Below are positions 14,310 to 22,605 of a DNA stretch of 32,000 nt, in pieces (positions within the stretch are counted from its first letter, which is position 1; each line of letters begins with the position of its first letter). The DNA lies in the NCBI GenBank assembly GCA_022646745.1, contig CP060262.1, forward strand, positions 3,870,001 to 3,902,000, given 5' to 3'. The notes under the pieces were generated by a model that saw only the letters and a list, made by a program, of their open reading frames with translations, did no database searches and was not told the origin of the DNA. The translations under genes and the position numbers were made by a program. Origin of the DNA: Planctomycetales bacterium. GTDB lineage: Bacteria; 4484-113; JAFGCY01.

Positions 14310-15149
14310 ATGAGCATGAAAACTGAACAGACGGCACCTTCCGCGGAAATCCTGGCGGCCTTTGGCCTGCCCAGCGTCACGCCCCGCCTGCTGGCGGACG
14401 GCCGTGGGCGCAGCTGGTCAGTGACCAGCGCGATCCTGCGTCCGGTTGACGACGTAGACGAGGCCCGCTTCGCCGCCGAACTCTATGGCGTACTGGACGG
14501 CGATGGCTTCCGCATCCCACGTCCGATGCGTGCTGGCGATGGCAGCTTCGTGGTGGATGGCTGGAGTGCCTGGCACTACCTGCCGGGCCGCCATGACTGC
14601 CAGGGTGACTGGCAGGGCATGCTGGATGCCAGCGTGGCCTTCCACAAGGCCCTGGCTGGCACCGACCCGCCGGGCTTCCTGGCAACGCCGCGCCACCACT
14701 GGGCCCAGGCGGACCGCATCGCCTGGCAGGAGGAACGCTGCGGTGAGCGCTGGAACCTGCGCGACGCGATCGAGCGCCAGCTTGAGCTGTGCGATCCAGC
14801 GGACAGGCGCCTGCCGAAGCAGCTGGTGCATGGCGACATCGCCGGCAACCTGCTGTTTGAGGAAGGCCTGGCACCGGGAGTGATTGACTTCTCCCCCTTC
14901 TGGCGACCGGTGGCCTATGCGCATGCCGTGCTGGCTGTGGACGCAATCTCCTGGATGGGGGCTGATGCGAATATTCTCAGGATGGTTCGCGCTGAGGGCG
15001 TGACGGATTCGCTGCTGCGCCGTGCAGTGGTGTTCCGCCTGGCTGCGGTCAGCGCTTCACCCGAACATGGCGCCACCGACCAGCAGGCGGAGCTGGCCGC
15101 CTGCAGCAAGGTGCTGTCCCTGATCGAACGCCCGCATCCGCTCGGCTGA
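14310..15149 (+). CDS. Phosphotransferase (APH/choline-kinase-like) family protein
   Basis: 279 aa. The catalytic loop LVHGDIAGNLLF (HxDxxxxN) is followed by VIDFS (DFG-equivalent). Confidence 0.6.
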   Translation: MSMKTEQTAPSAEILAAFGLPSVTPRLLADGRGRSWSVTSAILRPVDDVDEARFAAELYGVLDGDGFRIPRPMRAGDGSFVVDGWSAWHYLPGRHDCQGDWQGMLDASVAFHKALAGTDPPGFLATPRHHWAQADRIAWQEERCGERWNLRDAIERQLELCDPADRRLPKQLVHGDIAGNLLFEEGLAPGVIDFSPFWRPVAYAHAVLAVDAISWMGADANILRMVRAEGVTDSLLRRAVVFRLAAVSASPEHGATDQQAELAACSKVLSLIERPHPLG

Positions 15150-15222
15150 TTTTCAGCATGCTTAGAACAGCAGGGTATATCCTCAGGTAGTACTGAGCTA
15201 TTCAAGCAATGTGGAGGAAGTC

Positions 15223-15660
15223 ATGCCGGTAAGACATGCAACAGCGGAGTGGAAGGGTGATCTCAAGGGTGGCACGGGCCATGTGTCCGTGGAGAGCGGA
15301 GCCTTCTCCACCGCATACAACTTCGTATCCCGATTCGAGACCGGGGACCAGACGAACCCCGAAGAGCTGATCGGCGCGGCGCATGCCGGCTGCTACAGCA
15401 TGGCCCTGAGCGCCGACCTGAGCGGAGCCGGCTACACCGTGAACTCCGTCAAGACCCGTGCCAACGTGCACCTGAACTTCGTGGACGGCAAGCCGACGGT
15501 GGACCTGATCGAGCTGCACTGCGAAGCCGACATTGAAGGCATCGATGCCGACAAGTTCGCGGAGATGGCGGAAGCCACCAAGGGCGGCTGCCCGATCAGC
15601 CGTGCACTGGCCAGTGTGCCGATGAAGCTTGAAGCCAGGCTGGGCAGCAGCGCAGGCTAG
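15223..15660 (+). CDS. osmC: OsmC-family peroxiredoxin
   Basis: ORF track 15211..15660. I prefer ATG 15223 because GGAGGA lies upstream. HATAEWKGDLKGGTG..., NPEELIGAAHAGCYSMAL and GGCPISRAL contain the two conserved OsmC cysteines. Confidence 0.85.
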   Translation: MPVRHATAEWKGDLKGGTGHVSVESGAFSTAYNFVSRFETGDQTNPEELIGAAHAGCYSMALSADLSGAGYTVNSVKTRANVHLNFVDGKPTVDLIELHCEADIEGIDADKFAEMAEATKGGCPISRALASVPMKLEARLGSSAG

Positions 15661-15704
15661 GGCCAAGGCCGTATAATCAAGCTCCCAATTCTGAGGAGCT
15701 GCAA

Positions 15705-16982
15705 TTGTCAAGCCAGGAACACCGTACCGCCTCGACGCGCGGGTCATTTCGCGAAGTGCCCTACATGGGCGTCATCTGGGTCGTGCACGAGGCGGTGCAG
15801 CGTGGCTTCTACAATGGCCATCCCGACTGGTGCAATCTCGGCCAGGGGCAGCCGGAGGTTGGTGAGATGGCCGGTGCTCCGCCGCGCCTGATGCAGGTCG
15901 CACTTGATCCGACTGACCATGCCTACGGGCCGCTCGGTGGCACGGATGAACTGCGCGAAGTGATTGCCGCGCACTACAACCGGCTGTACCGCCAGGGCAA
16001 GTCCAGCCAGTACACGAAGGACAATGTCAGCGTTGCCAGCGGTGGCCGGCTGGCGCTCACGCGCGTGGTGGCGGCACTGGCGGACGGTCCGCTGGCCTAC
16101 CAGGTGCCGGACTACACCGCCTATGAGGACCTGATTGGCTACCATGCGCACCGCCTTGAGCCCGTGCTGCTGGAGGGCCGCGAGGAGAACGGCTTCCAGG
16201 TGCCGGCGGCTGAGCTGGAAGAGGCCGTGCGGGAGCGCGGCGCGCGGGCCTTCATCTACAGCAACCCCTGCAACCCGACTGGCAACGTCGTCAGTGGCGA
16301 CGAGCTGGCGCGCTACTGCGCGATCGGGCGTGACAACGGCTGCACGATGCTGCATGACGAGTTCTACTCGCACTTCATCTACGGCGCTGACGGTGGCCCT
16401 GGGGACGGTCCGGTCTCGGCGGCGGCACATGTTGACGATGTGGAGCGCGACCCGCAGATCATCATTGACGGACTGACCAAGAGCTTCCGCTACCCCGGCT
16501 GGCGCTGCGGCTGGGCCATCGGCCCCAGCGAGATGATCGAGGCCATCAACCGCAGTTCGTCTGCAATCGACGGTGGGCCGAGCCGGATCGTGCAGCGCGC
16601 AGCCCTAGAAGTGCTGCAGCCTAAGCGGGCTGACCAGGAGACCACCGCGCTGCGCGAGGTATTCGCCCGCAAGCGAGGCATCATGCTGAGGATGCTCGGC
16701 GAGATGGGCATCACGACGGCGCGCGACCCGCAGAGCACCTTCTACGTCTGGGCCAGCATTGCCAAGCTGCCGGATGGCTTCAATGATGCCGACGAGTTCT
16801 TCTTCAAGGCAATTGAGCGCAGGGTGATGACGGTGCCGGGCCGCTTCTTCAACGTGGACCCGCGCCACGAGCGTGGCAACGAGCATCCCTACCGGCAGTG
16901 GGTGCGCTTCAGCTTCGGCCCGCCGGAGGACAACATGGTGATGGGCCTGACCCGCCTGCAGGAGATGCTGCGCGAGGGGTGA
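15705..16982 (+). CDS. Class I/II PLP-dependent aminotransferase
   Basis: 425 aa. Family motifs are NLGQGQPE, the YSNPCNPTG turn, and the PLP-lysine motif GLTKSFRYPGWRCGW. The start is TTG and is uncertain. Confidence 0.8.
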   Translation: MSSQEHRTASTRGSFREVPYMGVIWVVHEAVQRGFYNGHPDWCNLGQGQPEVGEMAGAPPRLMQVALDPTDHAYGPLGGTDELREVIAAHYNRLYRQGKSSQYTKDNVSVASGGRLALTRVVAALADGPLAYQVPDYTAYEDLIGYHAHRLEPVLLEGREENGFQVPAAELEEAVRERGARAFIYSNPCNPTGNVVSGDELARYCAIGRDNGCTMLHDEFYSHFIYGADGGPGDGPVSAAAHVDDVERDPQIIIDGLTKSFRYPGWRCGWAIGPSEMIEAINRSSSAIDGGPSRIVQRAALEVLQPKRADQETTALREVFARKRGIMLRMLGEMGITTARDPQSTFYVWASIAKLPDGFNDADEFFFKAIERRVMTVPGRFFNVDPRHERGNEHPYRQWVRFSFGPPEDNMVMGLTRLQEMLREG

Positions 16983-17233
16983 GCGGAGGGGAAGCGGAGT
17001 GTAGCTCTATGAGCTGCAGGGACTTGTCGGTCTTAAAACCGACATTCCGGAAAATGGCAAGCGTGAAAATCTTCTCTGTCTCTCAGAATCTCAGTGGCAA
17101 ATGCACGGATCTGTTGCCACTGAGCCACGGAGTCACTGAGAATACAAAAGAGTCAATCCATAATGAAGCTGTAGCGGTGCGCCCCTGGCGTAATTGAGAG
17201 TGGATGTTGTGAAGTGAGCATGGCACTTGTGAA

Positions 17234-17285
17234 GTAGGGCGGCGGTAATACCGCCGCCTGGGATGGGGTTTTACCCCATCCCTAC
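17234..17285. repeat. GTAG-headed double hairpin closed by GTAGGG/CCCTAC
   Basis: GTAGG-GCGGCGGT-aat-ACCGCCGC-c-tg-GGATGGGG-tttta-CCCCATCC-CTAC. It has the same GTAGGGC head as the hairpins flanking the RAYT gene. Confidence 0.5.
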
Positions 17286-17343
17286 GTCATGTGTTTGGCA
17301 AGATGGACAGGCTGCATCCTGCTTCGCGGGATGCAGCACCCCT

Positions 17344-17494
17344 GGTCAGTCCTGCCTCCGGCGGGACTGACCTCCGCTTCCAATTGTCAGCTTTACAGCT
17401 GACCTCCGTCACTCATCCAAACTCCGCACTCCAACCGCCAAACTCATTGTCAGCTTTACAGCTGACCTCCGCGCCAGGCTTGCGCCAGATCTCC
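17344..17494 (-). repeat. Array C: GGAGG + hairpin units (GTAA/GCAA loops) starting at the hflX stop codon
   Basis: The minus strand reads TAGGAGAT-CTGGCGCAAGCCTGGCG-C-GGAGG-TCAGCT-GTAA-AGCTGA-...-GGAGG-TCAGCT-GTAA-AGCTGA-...-GGAGG-TCAGTCC-loop-GGACTGA. The plus-strand segment attgtcagctttacagctgacctccg occurs twice exactly (17383..17408 and 17446..17471). Confidence 0.6.
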
Positions 17495-18738
17495 TAGTCG
17501 TCCATGATGCGGGCCAGCTGTTCTTTTTCACTCAGTGGCATCACGGGCTCAGGCTGGCTGTCGCGGATGGCAACGAGGCGTGTGAGCAGGCCATCGATCC
17601 CCTCCCCCGTTGCAGCACTGATGAACAGCGCATCGGGGTAGCTGCTGCGCAGCAGCTCCAGTTCCTCCGGGTCGGCGAGGTCCAGCTTGTTGAACACCAG
17701 AAGTTCCGGCATGTTCTCAAGCCCGATCTGCCGAACGATCTGGCGCACCGCTTCGATCTGGTCCAGCACGCGCAGGTGTGAGGCATCGGCCAGGTGCAGG
17801 AGCAGGTGGCTGCCCGCCATTTCATCCAGCGTGGCGCGGAATGCGGTAACCAGCTCCTCCGGCAGGTCGGCAATGAAGCCGACGGTGTCCGTCAGCAGCA
17901 TGCGGCTGCCATCCGGCATGTACAGGGCACGCGCCGTCGGGTCCAGCGTGGCGAAGTACTTGTCCTCGCTCAGCACCCCGCCGCGGGTCAGGCGGTTGAG
18001 CAGGGTGCTCTTGCCGACGTTCGTGTAGCCAACGATGCTGGCGGTGAACACGCCGGAGCGCACACGCTGCTGGCGGCGCAGTTCACGCTGGCCGCGCAGC
18101 TTGTCGAGGCGCTTCTCGATCTGCACGATGCGCTTGCGGTGCTGGTCCTTGACGCGGCGGGTCAGCTGTTCACCGGGGCCGATCGTTGAGGTGCCACCGG
18201 CGCTGCCACCACCGATGCTGTCAAGCTTCTCGTAGCTGCGCATCACGCGCGGCAGCTCATACTTGAGCTGCGCCAGCTCGACCTGCAGCTTGCCGTCGGC
18301 GGTGACGGCGTTGTCCTCGAAGATCGCGAAGATCATGTCGTAGCGGTTGAGCACGACGAGCTTGCTGTCAACTTCCCAGTTGCGCTGGTGCACGGCTGAG
18401 ATCGGCGCGGAAATGGCAATCAGGTCCACCTCACTCGCCTTGGCGCGCTCCACCACCTGCTCCATCTGGCCGCTGCCGAGGTAGTAGCGGCTCTGGCGCT
18501 CCTTCAGGTTGATCTCCATCATGTCGGCGATCTCAAGCCCGGAGGCATTTGCCAGTTCGGTGAAGTCGCCGGTCTCGCTCTCGGCCAGCAGCTCACGGTC
18601 ATAGCGGCGCGCCAGCTCGTCAACGAGGCCTGAATTGTCAACCCTCCCGGGTTCGGCGGGGAATCGCGGCTGCCGTTCATGGACGACAACGAGCAGGGCC
18701 TTCAGTCCGCCCAGCTTTGCCTTGCGTGGATCACTCAA
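17494..18738 (-). CDS. hflX: GTPase HflX
   Basis: 414 aa. G1 is GYTNVGKSTLLNRLT, G3 is LLTDTVGFI and G4 is VFNKLD. An HflX-type N-terminal domain is also present. The start is TTG, 7 nt after the upstream stop. Confidence 0.9.
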   Translation of the reverse strand: MSDPRKAKLGGLKALLVVVHERQPRFPAEPGRVDNSGLVDELARRYDRELLAESETGDFTELANASGLEIADMMEINLKERQSRYYLGSGQMEQVVERAKASEVDLIAISAPISAVHQRNWEVDSKLVVLNRYDMIFAIFEDNAVTADGKLQVELAQLKYELPRVMRSYEKLDSIGGGSAGGTSTIGPGEQLTRRVKDQHRKRIVQIEKRLDKLRGQRELRRQQRVRSGVFTASIVGYTNVGKSTLLNRLTRGGVLSEDKYFATLDPTARALYMPDGSRMLLTDTVGFIADLPEELVTAFRATLDEMAGSHLLLHLADASHLRVLDQIEAVRQIVRQIGLENMPELLVFNKLDLADPEELELLRSSYPDALFISAATGEGIDGLLTRLVAIRDSQPEPVMPLSEKEQLARIMDD

Positions 18739-18745
18739 ATGCTCA

Positions 18746-20536
18746 TCACACTCCAGTCAGGTTGGACAGCACTTCGCCACTGGTGAGGTCCACCAGCACG
18801 AGGTCGCTGCCTGCACTGCCCTTCTCCATTGTAACAAGGCAGCGGTTGTTGGCGCTGACGGGGTCGACCACCGGCTCGCTGAGAGCGGTGTCGAGGAAGG
18901 TCAGCTGGTTCTGCAGGTCACCGGCGGCATCGCCGATCCAGAGGTTGTCAGTGCCATCGAAGTCGCTGATGAACACGAAGAAGGAGGCATCCGGCCCCCA
19001 GGCCGGGCTGTGCTCATCGCTGAGCAGCTGCTGCGTGAGGTTGATGTTGATCGCTTCACCGCTGATCACGCTGACGGTCTTGCGCCAGATGTCGCCATTG
19101 CCGCTGCGGCCGCTCTGGAACAGCAGCTGGCCGTCAATCAGCGGATGGTAGACCGGCTGGTACTGCCCGTTGCCGAATGACTGGTCGAGTTCAGTTTCCA
19201 GCAGGTTGTCAGCGCTCACGCTCCAGATGCCGGTCACGCTCTGGCGGGTGCTGACGAAGACGATGTCATTGCTCGGCGTGCGCGAGAAGTATGGTTCGGT
19301 GTTGTCGTAGCCGGAGCTGGTGAGCTGCACCGGGCTGAGCTGGTCGTCCGCGGTGGACACCAGCATCACCTGCCAGAAGCCGTCGTCATCCCGCTGCTGC
19401 CAGGCCAGCAGGCTGCCATCGTAATTGAGCGTCGGGTGGCGTTCATCACCGGCGAATGCGGTCAGCTGGGTCAGCTCGCTGCCATCCGGGCGGATGCTGT
19501 AGATGTCATAGCTGCCGCCGAGGTTGCTGGCAAACACGATCGTGTCCGTTGTCAGGTTCCAGTCCGCCTCGCGGTTGCGTGCATTGAGCGCCTGGTCACC
19601 GGTGCGGAAGTCGATCTCGGAAAAGGTGTCATTCTCGTTGCCGGCCTTGTCGCGCACGCCGGTAATGCGCACGCGGTAGTCAGTGTTGGGTTGCCAGCCG
19701 CCGACCGGGGAAACCAGCACGCTGCTGCCGCTGACACGCGTCGTGACACTGGTGTCAGGGCTGATGACGACATCGATTGCGGAAGCCTGGCTGTCCAGCG
19801 GCTCATTGAAGTCGAAGCTGACTGACACATTGGGTGGATGCCCGCTGCTGCCGTCCGCCGGCCGGCTGCCGACGAGGCGCGGGGCGTAGCTGTCTGCGCT
19901 GTCCGTGGTGAAGCGCAGGCGCAGCGGCTGGTCCATCACGTTGGCGGCATTGCGGATCTCGCCACTGTATTCAATAAGCATGTTCTGGGAGACGGGCAGC
20001 TGCTCATCCGGCAGGATCGTCAGCGTGGTGCCGCTCAGGTTCAGTTCGAGGTCGCCAACCGGCGGAGTGAATGTGAAGTCCGCTGCGGAAATGCTGGAAG
20101 CAAGCGGCGTCTCGCTGAATTCAAAGGTCAGCAGGCCATCCAGTGGGACACCACTGCTGTTCAGCCCCGGGTCAGCGCTGACAACGCGCAGGCCATCCTT
20201 CGCCGGCAGGCTGAAGCTGAAGTCCACGCTGCTGGCGGACAGGTTCACGCGCCGGCTGTCATAGTTGCCTGACTGGTCCTCGAAGCTGACGGTGTAGCCG
20301 CCGGCCGGCAGGTTGCCATAGCTGAAGCGGCCGGAGGCGTCGGTAGTTGTCGGGTTGAGGCTGAGCAGCACCTGCACCCCGGTAAGCGGGCTGCCAGAGC
20401 CGTCAGTCACGACTCCGCTGAGGGTGAAGCGGTCTGTCGGTGTCGGACCGGGGTTGCCCCCGCCTCCTCCACCACCACAGGATGACAATGCAAGGATGAG
20501 GCCCGCCGAGAGGATGATCTGGTTACGCAGCTTCAC
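18746..20536 (-). CDS. Lipoprotein: CarboxypepD_reg-like + Ig-like (SbsA/Big_5-type) domains + TolB-like (PD40) beta-propeller
   Basis: 596 aa. ILALSSCGGGGGGGNPGP is a lipobox with a Gly linker. LSGVVTDGSGSPLTGVQVLL is a CarboxypepD_reg strand. PRLVGSRPADGSSGHPPNVSVSFDFNEPLD is Ig-like. DIYSIRPDGSELTQLT, repeated with variations, is PD40-like. The GTG start overlaps the upstream stop (GTGA). Confidence 0.7.
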   Translation of the reverse strand: MKLRNQIILSAGLILALSSCGGGGGGGNPGPTPTDRFTLSGVVTDGSGSPLTGVQVLLSLNPTTTDASGRFSYGNLPAGGYTVSFEDQSGNYDSRRVNLSASSVDFSFSLPAKDGLRVVSADPGLNSSGVPLDGLLTFEFSETPLASSISAADFTFTPPVGDLELNLSGTTLTILPDEQLPVSQNMLIEYSGEIRNAANVMDQPLRLRFTTDSADSYAPRLVGSRPADGSSGHPPNVSVSFDFNEPLDSQASAIDVVISPDTSVTTRVSGSSVLVSPVGGWQPNTDYRVRITGVRDKAGNENDTFSEIDFRTGDQALNARNREADWNLTTDTIVFASNLGGSYDIYSIRPDGSELTQLTAFAGDERHPTLNYDGSLLAWQQRDDDGFWQVMLVSTADDQLSPVQLTSSGYDNTEPYFSRTPSNDIVFVSTRQSVTGIWSVSADNLLETELDQSFGNGQYQPVYHPLIDGQLLFQSGRSGNGDIWRKTVSVISGEAININLTQQLLSDEHSPAWGPDASFFVFISDFDGTDNLWIGDAAGDLQNQLTFLDTALSEPVVDPVSANNRCLVTMEKGSAGSDLVLVDLTSGEVLSNLTGV

Positions 20537-21447
20537 TGGCGCACCTCCAGTACGTAGACAAGCTGGCTGTCACGCAGCCAGACGATGAAGCGGCCGTTGC
20601 TGTAGCGGCAGGCCAGCCGGTGCTCACCCTCGGGCAGCTTGAGGTCCACCCGGCGGGCAAGGTAGTCCGTCCCGTTCGGTTCAAGGAAGTACAGCTCGCC
20701 GCCATTGCCGTAGGTGGCCAGCATCACATTGCCGGACTCATCCACGGCGAAGTCCTGCACGCCGGGCACGCTGTCAACCTCGGCCGGGCGGTTGAGGATC
20801 AGGCGGTGGAAGTCTGTCTCCTGGCCGCGGCGGTAAAGCACCGCACCCTGGTGGTAATCCAGCACGAACATCGAGCCGTCTGCCAGGTTGGCGGTGCGTG
20901 CATAGACGGCATCCGGCCAGGGCAGCAGCTTCTGCAGGTAGACCTGGTCCTTCATGTTGCCTTCCTTGTCGAAGGCGGTGATCGTGCCGCGGTCCGGCAG
21001 CAGCACCCACAGCAGGCCGTCCTTGCCGACATCGATATCGCCGACGCGGCTCAGCGCAAGCACCGTTCCGTCGGCATATTCATAGGCGAGGTTGATGCTG
21101 CGCGTGAAGTTGCCGTCGGGGGCGATCTGGAACACGCGGTGCGCGGCCTCATCGAACACCCAGATGCTCAGGTCCGGGCCCTCCGTGCAGGCCGTCGGCT
21201 GGAACTGCAGCTCGGCCCCACCCTCACGGATGATGTGCTGCATCAGCCGGCCTTCCAGCGAGTAGTCGGCGATGCGGCCTTCCGCCGGGTACAGCAGGGC
21301 GATGTGGTCCGTGCCGAGGATCGCGGCATCCGCGATGGAGCCGGCCTCGGGCACGAAGCGGGCGATGATGCGCGCTTCCGCGGCCCGTGCGCTGTCGCAC
21401 AGGAGCATCACTGCGAAGGTTATAAGGAGCAGAAGGCGCATGCTCAT
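20533..21447 (-). CDS. Secreted beta-propeller (NHL-repeat-like) protein
   Basis: 304 aa. The signal peptide is MSMRLLLLITFAVMLLCDSARA. Blade-like repeats recur, such as VFDEAAHRVFQIAPDG, LWVLLPDRGTITAFDKEG and FAVDESGNVMLATYGNG. The family assignment is tentative. Confidence 0.5.
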   Translation of the reverse strand: MSMRLLLLITFAVMLLCDSARAAEARIIARFVPEAGSIADAAILGTDHIALLYPAEGRIADYSLEGRLMQHIIREGGAELQFQPTACTEGPDLSIWVFDEAAHRVFQIAPDGNFTRSINLAYEYADGTVLALSRVGDIDVGKDGLLWVLLPDRGTITAFDKEGNMKDQVYLQKLLPWPDAVYARTANLADGSMFVLDYHQGAVLYRRGQETDFHRLILNRPAEVDSVPGVQDFAVDESGNVMLATYGNGGELYFLEPNGTDYLARRVDLKLPEGEHRLACRYSNGRFIVWLRDSQLVYVLEVRQ

Positions 21448-21448
21448 C

Positions 21449-22561
21449 CTAGATTAACTGACGGAACTGCTCATCACTGCGATGGAGTAATTCGCGCAGT
21501 TCCTTCAATTTGTCCTCGAGGTGCGTGCGTACATGCTCGCGCTCGTTCCACAGGTCCGCGAAGGTGCTGAAGGTGTCCTCGCGGTGCTGGGTGGCGGGGA
21601 AGCACCAGGGGAAGCCCAGTTCAGTGCCGATCTGGCTGATCTTGGGGTCGATCGCGATGCCGAGGCAGGGGACCAGCGCACCGGCGGCGGCGATCAGGCC
21701 GTGCAGGCGGCTGGTGATCACCAGCTGGGCATGGCGCGTGAGCTGCCAGTAGTCCGGTTGCGGCTGGTCCACTCCCGGGGCCAGCTGCGCATCGCCTACG
21801 CATTCAGCCACGATCTCCTGCGCGAAGCCGAGGTCCTCCGGGGCATAGGGCAGCACGAGGCAGTCCATCCCGGTCTGTTCACGCACATGCCGGATCAGGG
21901 TGGCCGCCGCCTGGGCTTCGCTTACGAGGTCATCCGGGGCCGGCAGGTCACCGCTGCGGCGCGGGATGTAGGCGAAGTAGCGGGCCGGCAGCTGCGAGCC
22001 GTCGAAACCGCTCAGCGGCGGCTGGTCATACAGCAGGATCGGGTCACAGGACTGCACAAGCCGGCAGTTGCCGGAGTCGACGCGGTGCTTCTGGGCCCAC
22101 TGCATGCTCTGTTCATCGCGCAGGCTGAGCATGTCCGTATTGCGTAGCACGATCGGCGTGAGTGTGCTGCCCAGCCAGGAGCTGATCGGGCCGATGCCCT
22201 GGTTGAGCAGCAGTACGCGGCAGGTGGACTGGGTGAAGCGACGGATGAACCAGAGGTAATAGAGCAGGCTCTTCACGCTGGAGCTGTCCTGCAGGATGCT
22301 GCCGCCGGGCAGCACCAGCACCTGGTAGTCGCGCGGGTCGAGGCGCAGGGCCTGCTTCTGGGGGACCAGCTGGCTGACACTGTCCAGCAGCTGGCGTGAC
22401 GAAGGAATGCCCGGCAGCAGCTTGTCGCCGCGCACCACTACGTCGATGTCGAAGTTCTGGTCGCGGAAGAAGCGGCCGTGGCGGATCAGCCAGTCGGCCA
22501 ATAGCGCCTCATCGCCGAAGTTTCCCGCACCGAAATAGCCGAGCAGCAGAATCCTTGCCAC
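21449..22561 (-). CDS. csaB: Polysaccharide pyruvyl transferase CsaB
   Basis: 370 aa. The N-terminus ILLLGYFGAGNFGDEALL and the C-terminal TSRLHGLI are typical of the CsaB/pyruvyl transferase family. Confidence 0.75.
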   Translation of the reverse strand: MARILLLGYFGAGNFGDEALLADWLIRHGRFFRDQNFDIDVVVRGDKLLPGIPSSRQLLDSVSQLVPQKQALRLDPRDYQVLVLPGGSILQDSSSVKSLLYYLWFIRRFTQSTCRVLLLNQGIGPISSWLGSTLTPIVLRNTDMLSLRDEQSMQWAQKHRVDSGNCRLVQSCDPILLYDQPPLSGFDGSQLPARYFAYIPRRSGDLPAPDDLVSEAQAAATLIRHVREQTGMDCLVLPYAPEDLGFAQEIVAECVGDAQLAPGVDQPQPDYWQLTRHAQLVITSRLHGLIAAAGALVPCLGIAIDPKISQIGTELGFPWCFPATQHREDTFSTFADLWNEREHVRTHLEDKLKELRELLHRSDEQFRQLI

Positions 22562-22605
22562 GTCTGGATTGTAGCTCAGGCCGGCGGCTGGGCTACAATC
22601 AGCCG

